The notes below the pieces were generated by a model. That model saw nothing but the letters and a program-made list of their open reading frames with translations. It was not told the DNA's origin and did not search any database. Made by a program: the position numbers and the translations under genes. Shown here one piece after another: positions 1-10,130 of a DNA stretch of 64,000 nucleotides. Source of the stretch: Camelus dromedarius (taxonomy: Eukaryota); NCBI RefSeq assembly GCF_036321535.1, contig NC_087436.1, forward strand, positions 72,912,001 through 72,976,000. Reading direction: 5' to 3'. Each line of letters opens with the position of its first letter. The stretch's first letter is position 1.

Positions 1-416
1 CCCCGCACTCCCCGAGACCCGAGGCCCGCATCTCAAGCCAAGGGGTTCCCGTTTCTCTGTCGTCCGCGGGGTGTCTTCTCTGTTTAGTCTCCCAGGCTCC
101 CGCTTTGGCGGATTTCCCTGCCACCACCCCTCGCGGGCCTGCACGGCGCCCCACGGCGGAAGGACACCCGCATCCTGCGCCCCGGCCTTTTGTGCTGTGC
201 GGCCCACGCGCCCAAGCCCGCCGCGTCAGGTGCGGCCCCAGGTGCCTAATTGCGGATCCTTAACTTCACGCCGTCCCAGCCGTTCAAGTTCTGCGACCCG
301 CCCCTGCCAGCCCCGGGACGCCCTCGGGTCCAGCTGCCAGTGCGAAAGATTCGCCCTCCCGCGACTCCACCCCAGACTTTCCTCCTGGGTCTCCAGTGTC
401 CAGGGCAGCCACTTAC
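1..416 (-). other. BTC: Start of BTC intron 1 (CpG-rich part)
   Basis: Lies downstream of the donor on the minus strand; GC- and CpG-rich. Confidence 0.88.
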
Positions 417-419
417 CCA
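411..419 (-). other. BTC: 5' splice donor of BTC exon 1 (TGG|GTAAGT)
   Basis: Plus-strand acttaccca at 411-419 is minus-strand TGG|GTAAGT, with a consensus intronic hexamer, ending the signal-peptide exon. Confidence 0.93.
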
Positions 420-480
420 GAGCGAGGGCCAGAAGCAGCGGCAATTTGCTGGCGCTGCTGCCCGGGGCGACCCGGGCCAT
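417..480 (-). CDS. BTC: Betacellulin (EGF-family ligand precursor), coding part of exon 1 (signal peptide); the rest of the gene lies left of the window
   Basis: Reverse complement from 480 reads ATG GCC CGG GTC ... GCT CTG G = MARVAPGSSASKLPLLLALAL plus 1 nt (64 nt, phase 1), followed directly by GTAAGT. It matches remembered bovine (MARAAPGSGASPLPLLPALALG, 18/22) and human (MDRAARCSGASSLPLLLALALG, 16/22) BTC N-termini and sits in a CpG island. Confidence 0.95.
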
Positions 481-665
481 CAACCCCGCTGCGGGGCCCG
501 GCAGCCCCGAGACAAGTCTCCCGCCTCCTCCTGCGCCCTCTTCCCGGGACGGGGTGCCTGGAAACGGATCCTGGAGCCAGCAGGAAACGAAACTACTCCC
601 CACGCTGGCACCCTGGCTACCGCTCGGGCAAACACCCAGGGCGGGCGGCCGGCCGGCCAGGCGAA
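481..665 (-). other. BTC: BTC 5'UTR (upstream boundary approximate)
   Basis: GC-rich with no upstream ATG. The TSS is inferred ~25-30 nt downstream of the TATA-like element at 688-697. Confidence 0.6.
639..648 (+). promoter_or_regulatory. Overlapping GC boxes (GGGCGGGCGG; Sp/KLF)
   Basis: Two overlapping GGGCGG hexamers. Confidence 0.5.
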
Positions 666-687
666 TGTCGCCGGGAGGAGGGTGCCT

Positions 688-697
688 CTTATTTATC
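688..697 (-). promoter_or_regulatory. TATA-like element (GATAAATAAG)
   Basis: An isolated AT-rich patch in the island, oriented toward BTC, ~210 nt upstream of the ATG. Confidence 0.55.
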
Positions 698-780
698 CGC
701 ACTCTTTCTGCACACACCCCGCCGAAGAGGCGCAGGACTTCGTGGTGGTGGCCTCTACGTTGTTCCCACCCAAGTTACCC

Positions 781-797
781 CACACCCACACCCACGC
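781..797 (-). promoter_or_regulatory. Tandem CACCC boxes / EGR-like site (GCGTGGGTG)
   Basis: cacacccacacccacgc about 120 nt upstream of the inferred TSS. Confidence 0.45.
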
Positions 798-2369
798 TCC
801 AGGACACTTTCGGGCTGCCCTCGGGCCAGCTCACCACTCCCCCTGCTGGGTCGCACCTGCTGGTTCCTGTCCCTGTCCCTGGGGAGTCGAGGAGGTGGTG
901 AGTGCGCGGAGGGGTCCGAGGTAAGGGGCCTGCAGGCAGAGCTGGGGAAAGCCGGCTATGAACTCCTGGAACCCACTGAACAAGACTCAGAGACCCGTCC
1001 GGGCTGGAATTCTAACTTCCCTTATTTCAGCCAACTGCTGTTGTCTTGGAGGGACCAGAGCCAACACCCACTGTGGTTAACCTCAGGCATTTGACAATCT
1101 ACAATCCTTTCTTTTCTATATATAATTTGTTGAGTATCTTGGAGTTTGCGCTCACCAGGAGCTATTTTAGAAATGTCACTTACATTTTTTATTTCTCCAT
1201 TTACTCGTTTATTCATTGTATTTTCATTTTTTTTTTTTTTTTTACTCCTCTACTTTGTCAAATCTCTGAGAACAAGGAGAATGCTTTTTGCATTTTGTGG
1301 CCTGCCAAGCAGGATCTCTACTCCATCACATCTCCGCTTTAGGGAGAGGGGGGATCTGATGGTTCTGCGCCAAGCATTTTCTGGAACACGAAGGCATCCT
1401 TACAGCTTTTAAAGAGAGAAAGCAGCAACTAGTTTTACCTTACGTGATCCATATATTTGCCTCCAAAATAACCAAAGGGTACAGCGGTTTTCATGCTGAT
1501 CTATATTCCTCCTGCGAGATCTGTATGTGTAATCATGCCCCCTCAGTACAAAAGTTGTATTTCTAGAACATCCGAAGTCTGATAAACATTCATTTACGTA
1601 AGAAATGCAGTTCAGATGTCTGCCCTTTCCACCTCATTGTTTAAATTAAACAAATTATTATGCACTTTTCTTCCACAAGTGACATTTCATTTCAAAACCA
1701 ATTCACATTATTTTAGTGCCCTAGGCAACGAGTATATCCAGAGGTCTAAAAATCAGTTAATTTTCAGAATCCCATTCTAGCCCCCACATGTCAGCTCATA
1801 AAGAATCGGTAGAGAGGACAAGCATGAGGTTGAGAGAAATCCAAGATTGTGGGATAGATGGAAAACACACTAATCTCAGGTAAAAAGGTCAAGAGAAAAA
1901 GAAACCAGTGGATTTGACATCATCTCTCTCCTTTCAATCTCCATCCTTCCCTTTTTCTTTCTAATACTCTCTCCTTCTCTCTGCATCAGGACCTTTGTTA
2001 AGGCAACTCTCACTCTGAGATGGTACCCTAGCCAACAACCATCCTGCTATCCTCAACAGAACCTTATTATTTTATTTTCCTTCTTCATAGATCCTAATAT
2101 AAAATAAAGCAAACCTAGGCAAACAATACCAGGTGTTTGTCGAATATTGTAAAGTGCCAGGACTTGATATTCATGCCACTCGAATGGTAAATTAACTTTT
2201 CCAGGCCACTAGAGTATGAAATAGTGTACTTTAATATGTTAAGTAGGCCAGATAAATTAATATCATTCCCTAAGGGCTTTATTCACTGCCAAAAGTAAAA
2301 AGTACACCAGAGAATATGCCTTCCAAATTTTCTGGCACCAGAGTTCCAATCTCTTTAAGGTCAAGCAAC

Positions 2370-2500
2370 TTTTTTCTATCTTTCTCTTCCTCTTGCTTTC
2401 CTTCGCCTGCCCTCCTTTCTTCCTTCCTTTCTTCCTGCCTTCCTTCCTTATTTCTCTTCCTTCTCCTCCTCCTCTTCCTCCCCCTTCTTCTTTCTGTGTC
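2370..2500. repeat. Polypyrimidine simple repeat (TTCC/CCT/CTT)
   Basis: Almost pure C/T tract with short tandem units. Confidence 0.9.
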
Positions 2501-4702
2501 TCCCAATTCATTCACCACAGGAGAAGGTAAATCTGAGTTCCAGCCACTATCTTTGAAAGAGTAGGAGGTAAGAACTGACCTTCTTGAGGAATCATTCATG
2601 TAACTGAGGTGTGTCTCCATGCTTTAGATTGTAACCTGAGCTGTTACTAAAATAAGAACGGGTCAAATCGACACCAGAGTCACAAGGTACAACTTGTATA
2701 CCCAGACTCCGCAAGCCAGAGTTTGCTTGAATGGTATTTTTCCTGTTCCAGCTTTAGGCTGGTATAACCAGCCCTTCCGAATCTGGTGTGAGGCTTAAGT
2801 GAATGCCTTCAGAGGCCTTTAAGCATCAATCTTTCCTCTTCCCACACAAAGCAGCCTCCAGCAGGGACACTCCACCCCCTTCTCTGGGCAGGACAAAATA
2901 TGCTTGTGGTTACTTGTGGGGCACAACACCTATGTGGACAGACACACATGTGGTGGTAGAAAGGAAAATTCTGGAATGTATCCATTCAAGATCAGCACAT
3001 ATTCTCCAAATTATGACTTTTAAGCATTCAGTAAAGGAAGATTTCCTAGTGTTCATTAACAGTATTTAATTGAATAAGGGTAGATGAATAAAAAGAAATA
3101 TGAATGGTGAATATAATGTTTTATACTAGTGATAAACGTTATGCATTATGGATTATTAAAAGTCAGTAGTACATGAGTGAAGAACTCAGTGCTCAGAAGC
3201 TGTATGCAGGTGATTATGCTTTACAATCTAGTTTGTCTCAGGGAAGGGGGTTATTATTTTTCCTTACCTATTTTATCATGCCTTCCTCTTCAGTCTTTCA
3301 GGGATTGTTTTTTTTATATGCATGCCTCAGTCTGTTTGACTTGCTGTCTTTTTTAAATGGCAGTTTAAGAGAAGTTTAATAAATCTTAAATATAACCCTC
3401 TCTGTAATATTTTATCTATCAGTTTCAGGTCATCATTATGACCTTCTCCTTTGATCATATTCATACATACTTCAAAAAGATACTTCTGATGTTTTTCTTA
3501 ATCTGGGTTTGTGTGTAGGCCCTAGTTGTGGACTTGTGGACTAAGTAGGCAAGCACCTAAGACGCTTAATGATTTTAATGCTGTAACATGGCAGGCCCTA
3601 GACATCCCTCCCTAATACACCTGCCACAATGGCTTCATCCCTTTCTACATGGTCATAGTTTCCCATCAGCAAGGCACTCTTCTGGGTGGGACAATAGAGT
3701 GGAATACTACATACAATTGGTTTGGAAGGTTGTTTAGTCTGTTCGAATTGGAGCTTGTCACTGAATGTCTGGATCACAAATTACTCTTTTCTCTGAACCT
3801 CAGTTTTCTCATTTCCAAAATGTGATAGTAATGATTGGCACAGTTTTTTTGATTCCCAGTGATATATATCCCTAAGGCAAAATCTGGCATATTGGAAATT
3901 ATTCAGTGTATTATAGTTGTTCAACTATTTTAAAGTCTGTTTATAGATTACATAGGAAGAACTAGTAGGAACTGGTTTCCTTCACTAACCTTCTCTTACT
4001 AATAGTCCTAGTGGAGGGAAGGATAGAGCACTGAGCAAAGCTCTGATGGGAAAGTAACAGTGAGCCTGAAATTCCATGAAATTCTTGGGCACTGTTTTTC
4101 CCTCTGGTACTCCCGTAGATCCCTCTGACCTTCTTTCATTTGGTAGCTTCAAATTTATCCCAAGATTTGGTGCAATTGTAGCAATTATTGGAACAAAAGA
4201 TTAGAAAGAAGTTGTTAGAAGAGGAGGTGGAGAAACCTCTCTAGGAATCTCAGGAAAGCAGACTTATGAAGCACAGTAGAATGCATCAGGGGTCAAAAAA
4301 AATGTTGAGGGAGGGGTAAGGAATAGAGAAATAGAAGTAACATTGTGGCAAGACTTGCAAACAACTGGCCAAATAGAAAATATTTTCCTAACCCACACAG
4401 TGGCAAAATTGTCCCCTCTTCAATTTTTTTCTTCTTTTGTCCCTACATTCTAGTTCGCCAAATATATATTGAATACCCACCTTGCACCATTGTATTAGAA
4501 GGTATTGATGTTACCCAAATGAACACATCTGATATGAGGACATTTCGCCTGTAGCATCCTTTGTCCCACAGTGAAGAAACTTACTGTGGACAAGGTGAAT
4601 GTTTCTGTCTCCTCCCCAATACCCTATAGGCCTCTTTCATGGGTAGGGGAGGAAATTTTTTCAGTTCAGGCTACGTGAGTTCATCAATCCTCTCCTAGAA
4701 CA

Positions 4703-4935
4703 ATATTTACAGTGAACACTTATTGATGCTTATGGGTCTAACAGGCACCATTCTAAGCACTTTATGTACATTAATATTTTAAATGCTCACCAAATACATT
4801 GTGAATTATGTATTATTGTTATTCTCATTTCGCACTGAGGGAAGTAAAACACGGAAATTAAATAAGTTGCCCAAAGCCACGTAGCTGATGGTCGGCAGAG
4901 CTACGCTGCACATGCTCAAGTTCTGAATCCTGGAC
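4703..4935 (-). mobile_element. MIR SINE remnant
   Basis: cacttattg...aagcacttt...ctcattt...ctgaggga...aagttgcccaaagccac...agct; diverged reverse MIR core. Confidence 0.7.
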
Positions 4936-5746
4936 ACACTCTTCAAATCCAGTGACTTAGTGGGAAATCATTCCCTGTGACTTCAAGTGGCTCAAATAGT
5001 AGCAGTGAGTGAGGCCAATCCTCTAGACACCTGCTGAAAGTCTTATTTGAGAGCAACAGTGTATCTAATGAGTTCTTCACTTGACTTCCTGAAAAGTTGC
5101 ATCTCTTCAAAATATAGAGGAAGAGACGGAGGAATTGCTGCGCTGGATTTAATTCTAATTCACGAGGTGATATTGGGTTAAGCAAAATAAAACAGAAGAT
5201 AAAAATGATGGTGTGACCCTAGAATTAGTTATGGCCACAGAGGAGAAGACTGGAATCAACTATGTAGCATCAATTGAAAGAAGACAAGCTTTCAAAAGCA
5301 TCTCAGAGAAAAACAGGCATATTAGTAGGGCTTGGGAAGCTAAAAAGGGTGAAAGCTCTAAAAAACACATCCAATTATATAATTATTGATCATTTCAGTT
5401 AAACATTCTATAAAAATTGGAGGGGAAGTCACATATTGGAATGCAGTCAAGGGTGACTGTCACAGACCTGTGAGAACAGCCTCTGAAGAGGCTGAGAAAT
5501 GTGAAAATGACTCTCAGAACATGATCACAGAACTTCATTTATGTTCATAATGAAAATATCAAAGAGGAACATGACCAATCACTCTGTGCCAATGGTGCAA
5601 CACACTTGAATCTCTCTTAAGCACACACATACACATACACATGTAAACTTTTTTCATTTTTATTGTGATTTGATTTCTTTTCTGCCAAGCATAACAAAAG
5701 GGAATAAAAAGAACATCTGAAGAGGTATCAAAACCCAAGATGAGTG

Positions 5747-6526
5747 AAGAATTTCCTTATTTTTTCAAGCTGAACAGTATTTCATTGTATGTACATAGTA
5801 CATTGTCTTTATCCATCCATTGGTCTATGGACATTTAGATTGTTTCTACATCCTATTGTTATTCAGTGACCATAGATAGGAGTGTTAATACCTCTATTAT
5901 TGTTATTGTTAACTCAGTAACCATAGATAGGAGTGTTAATATCTCTTCAAGATTCCTGATTTCAGTTCTTTGGAATGAATATCNNNNNNNNNNNNNNNNN
6001 NNNNNNNNNNNNNNNNNNNNNNNNNNNNNNNNNNNNNNNNNNNNNNNNNNNNNNNNNNNNNNNNNNNNNNNNNNNNNNNNNNNNNNNNNNNNNNNNNNNN
6101 NNNNNNNNNNNNNCTTGTCACTTGCTGTCTTTTTTTTTATGTATATATAATAGCCATCTGACAGGTAAGTTCTNNNNNNNNNNNNNNNNNNNNNNNNNNN
6201 NNNNNNNNNNNNNNNNNNNNNNNNNNNNNNNNNNNNNNNNNNNNNNNNNNNNNNNNNNNNNNNNNNNNNNNNNNNNNNNNNNNNNNNNNNNNNNNNNNNN
6301 NNNNGAAAGGAGTGGTGGTTGCCAGGGGCTAGGCAGAGGGAAAAAGGAGGAGGTACTGATCAACCGGCAGAAAATTTCCGTTCAGCAGGATGAATACACC
6401 CTAGAGATTCGCCTTCCATTGTACCCATAGTCAACAATAACATCACGTACACTAACAATTTTGTTACGAGGGTAGAGCTCGTGTTGTGTTCTTGACCTAA
6501 TAAGTTAAAATTTAAAAATAGAAACT
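5747..6526 (+). mobile_element. L1 (L1MA/MB-type) with inverted 5' segment (twin-priming structure) and a 12-bp TSD
   Basis: 5747-6173 is reverse-orientation ORF2-end/3'UTR sequence; 6305-6526 is forward 3'UTR with an A-rich tail. TSD ccaagatgagtg at 5735-5746 and 6527-6538. The junction is hidden in N run 6174-6304. Confidence 0.8.
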
Positions 6527-6854
6527 CCAAGATGAGTGTAGAAATTTTGAGAGTGTCCCCAAATCCTTTGATGAAATCAAGTGTTTCTATTCATATGAGT
6601 TATATTCCAAAACACTGGGGAGGAGGAAGAGCTGTTAGTAATCTATGTGAAATTAGTTTCCAAAGACTGCAGATAAGGAAATCTATTTTTAGTCATCCCA
6701 AAAGGGAAGAATGTGTATCTCATAAATGATAGTTTGCTAAATTTAACCAGATTGGTGAGGGTTCTTGCCTCTGTTTCACAAATAACAGTTCTTTCTGGGT
6801 TGTTTAGCCTTAAGCAGAGAGGACAAATGCAAGGAGGAAGGGAGGGAAGGAAGG

Positions 6855-7120
6855 TGGCTTGCATGATAGATGTCTTCAAATATTTGAAGAGTTGTCACAT
6901 GGAAAATGAATTCTATTCAGATTACTCAGTCCCAGTGGTTGCAACAAGGACCTAAGGGTTCGAGGCAGATGAATTTGGATTCAATATAAAGATCTGTCTA
7001 AAGTTCTAATGAGATAATAGATTCCCTTGGGACCTAATGACTGGAAATGCACATGCTGTGTATTATAAAGGCAATTCAAATAATTTCGTTTCATTCTTAA
7101 CCTGGAGGTTCTGAGATTCC
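6855..7120 (+). mobile_element. L3/CR1 LINE 3' remnant
   Basis: catgatagatgtcttcaaatatttgaagagttgtcacatggaa...gaggcagat...ggattcaatataaag...ggttctgagattc resembles the L3 3' end. Confidence 0.7.
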
Positions 7121-8774
7121 AAGGCTCGATGACTTTAAACAGCCTTTTTCAGCCATAAAATGCTAATACAATATTGCAAGTTTTCTTCCTCCAACACTGT
7201 TTTAAAGTGACCAAATGTTCACTAAGAAACTATTTCTGCTTAAATAGGCCATGAAACTAGACATTTAGAAAATAATTTTAAAAACCAATTAGCATACAAA
7301 TGGCTAAGAAGTCTCCCATATTCTAGACTATCTTCAAATTGCAACTTAATTTAAAATTTAATTTAAAACTGGTACTATTGGTTTATGGTCCATAATATTT
7401 ACATGCCCACTGGCTCCCACAGAAATAAAAATTAAGCACTAAAATATATTTATTGCAAATCATGGTCGATTGGTCTCACAAATGATACAATTTAAAAATT
7501 TCTGCATTCTTAACCTATCAGCAAGTACAAGATTACGTCAATTATCAAATCATTTAAATGTGAAGTGCATAAGGTTAAATCTTGACACTGGTCAAATCAC
7601 TATCTTTCAGCTATGTAGATCACACTCTTTAATGTATTCCTGAGGGCACAAAACGGAGATTTAACTTAGGGGTATGAACATAAGCTTGCATTTAAACAGA
7701 ATAAATATTCCCATGAACAAAGACATCTAAAGGAAGGGTTCTTTTTAACTATAGTTGATGCCCCAAGAAGATGAAGGGTCAGATTTGCAATGTAGTCTAG
7801 ACTGCAGAGCTGTTATTGAGAGTTCCAGCTGTGATGACAAATGACGTGTGTAAATCTTAATAACTTCTAACTGCTATATTCCTTTCTTTGGGCAAACTGT
7901 CAAAATGGTAAATTCAACAGAAAAATCCCCTCGAGTGAGTAAATATCCTTAACTCTCTCCCTCCAAGCGTTCATAATTTGAAAGTTTAGTTTTTCATGAT
8001 GTAGCTTTCATTTGTACTTTCTTCTTCCTCAAAAAGCCTGGAAGCATCCCTTACCATTGCTGTCTCTTATCGCCTTTGTTTTATAAATACAGCATAAAGG
8101 AGTTCTATAACATGAGTCTCAGCATTAGAGCTAGAATCAAGGTCTTCTACCACTGAATCCAATACATAAGCTAGTACACTATATCCTTCTGTCTCCCTTG
8201 TGCTGACAACTTCATTAATAAAACCCACTTCAAGTCATTCCAGACTTGCAAATTGTCATTGCCTGTCATCCTACAGATAAGATAGAAATTATGCCTCTCC
8301 TTTAGAAATCTACTTAGCAGAAGATGGTGTGGTAAAAAAAATTAAAACATTTATTATAAAAACCTTCCCTCAACCCTCTCAATTTTGTATATTTCCACCA
8401 TCTCTCTCAGTTTAAGGATATATGTACACTGCAGTACAACTATCTCCTTTATTATCAGCTAAAATATTTTCCCCCATAAATCAAAACGATAGCTCTGCAG
8501 ACAATAAATGTCTCTCATAGCTTTACAGAGAAAATGTCTGCAAAGGCATTTCTGCCCAGAGATGAGATTCAAGCCGTCTGCACCACCTTAATGGCCACTT
8601 ATCCAATGCCCTACTCAGAAAGAAGGAAATAAAATAGCTACAGGTGGAAAATATTATCTTCTCTTCCCTATCACTTCACAGCCTGGTTTCCGGCTTCATT
8701 TCCAATGCTATTGCATTAACTTGGACCCTTATCATTTCATGCATGGAATAAGCTTCTGATTTTCCCAACTCCAA

Positions 8775-8930
8775 TATTATTTCTCTGCTTTAATTCTCTC
8801 ATATATAAAGTGGGGAATAACAATGATTCTTCTTTCTTTGGGTTATTGGGGAAAATAAATGGATGAGTACATAAAAAGTATTCAGACTAGTATCTGGTGC
8901 CTAGTAATCACTCAATAAATGTTCCCTCAT
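8775..8930 (+). mobile_element. MIR remnant
   Basis: ctctcatatataaagtggggaataacaatg...gcctagtaatcactcaataaatg. Confidence 0.65.
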
Positions 8931-8949
8931 GTAAAATATTACCCTCTAC

Positions 8950-9768
8950 AACTCAATACTGATAATTCCACAATAAAAATCTGAATATATCCAGAATCTA
9001 CCACTTCCCATCTCTTCCACTGCTACCATTCTGGTCCAAACCACCATTATCTCTTGCCTCAGTTAGCACAAGAGCCTCCTTACTGGCCTGTGTGCTTTTG
9101 TTCTGGACAGTCTGTTTGGCTCGGTAGCTGAATGATCCTTTTGAATTTTAAAATGATATATTAGATCTATTATTCCTTTACTTCTCTCTGTCTCTCTCTT
9201 TCTCTTCCTAATGGCTCTTCATTTCACTAAACCAAAGTCCTTATAGGGTCTATAAGCCCCTGCACAGCCCATGACACCCTTTCCATTACTTCCCTGACCT
9301 CGTTGCCACCTGTGCTCCTCCTACCTGACTTAACTGCAGGCCCTCAGGGCTCTTCAAGATTCTTCACATTTGCCAGGCCTGCTCCCACCTTCAGACCTTT
9401 GGACCAGAACTTCCTTCTGCCTGTGGCATCTCCTTTCTTCCAACACGCTGCATCATTCACTCCAGTGGCTCCTTCAAATCTCTGATCACCTTCTTTCAAA
9501 CTGCAACTCTTCCTCTCTCCCAAGTGCCACTGATCCCCCTTAACCTGTGCTATGTTTTTGTTTGGTACATACGGCCTATTAACACACTATATAATTAACT
9601 AATTGATAATATATATTTTTCCTGCCAGTAGACAGTAAACTCCATAGGAGCAGAGATTTTTAACTGTTAGTGTATTGATGTGGCTCTAATGCCTGGAAGA
9701 GCGCCCAGCAAGAAACATGTTCGAAAACTTTTTATTCTATAAAACACTGAATGAACAAATGAATAAAT
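8950..9768 (+). mobile_element. L2 LINE 3' portion
   Basis: ctaccacttcccatctc...ctggtccaaaccacc...aaactccataggagcagag...tgaatgaacaaatgaataaatg (L2 tail). Confidence 0.8.
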
Positions 9769-9779
9769 GTGTTGCCACC

Positions 9780-10130
9780 CTGCTGAATACCTTTCAATAC
9801 TTCCCCATGGCCAGGAGTCAGTTCAGACCCCTCAGCCAGCATATAAAGGCTCTGATGATCCAGCCTCTTCTGGTTCCTTCTACCCTGCACTCTGACCGTC
9901 GCCACCTCACTGTCCCCCTACTACAGTCCCACTGGACTATCTGAACTACTTGCAGTTTCCTGACCATAAGCTGAACATCTTCTGCTGACCTGAAAGCCTG
10001 TGATCGCTTATCTACCTGGCAGATACTGCTCACATTTCAGGGTATTACCTCGACTGGGAAGCTCTTCTTGACTTTCCAGTTCCTAGTGGAATATATGTGT
10101 CTCTCCTTTATGCCCCTAGTGTAACCTGAA
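9780..10130 (+). mobile_element. L2 fragment
   Basis: cctttcaatacttcccc...ggctctgatgatccagcc...cactggactat...gcagtttcct...gggaagctcttcttgac. Confidence 0.6.

Larger units (their letters stand above)
1..960. promoter_or_regulatory. BTC: CpG island / BTC promoter
   Basis: Very high GC and dense CpG, dropping abruptly to AT-rich, CpG-poor DNA after ~1000; contains the first coding exon. Confidence 0.92.

Noticed and set aside
226-416. Continuation of the minus-strand 163-aa ORF past the BTC donor
   Set aside because: It is read-through into intron 1; only 480-417 is coding.
71-1094. Long plus-strand ORFs 71-901, 250-924 and 396-1094
   Set aside because: Pro/Arg/Gly/Ser-rich low-complexity products typical of stop-poor CpG islands, antisense to BTC exon 1, with no recognisable domain.
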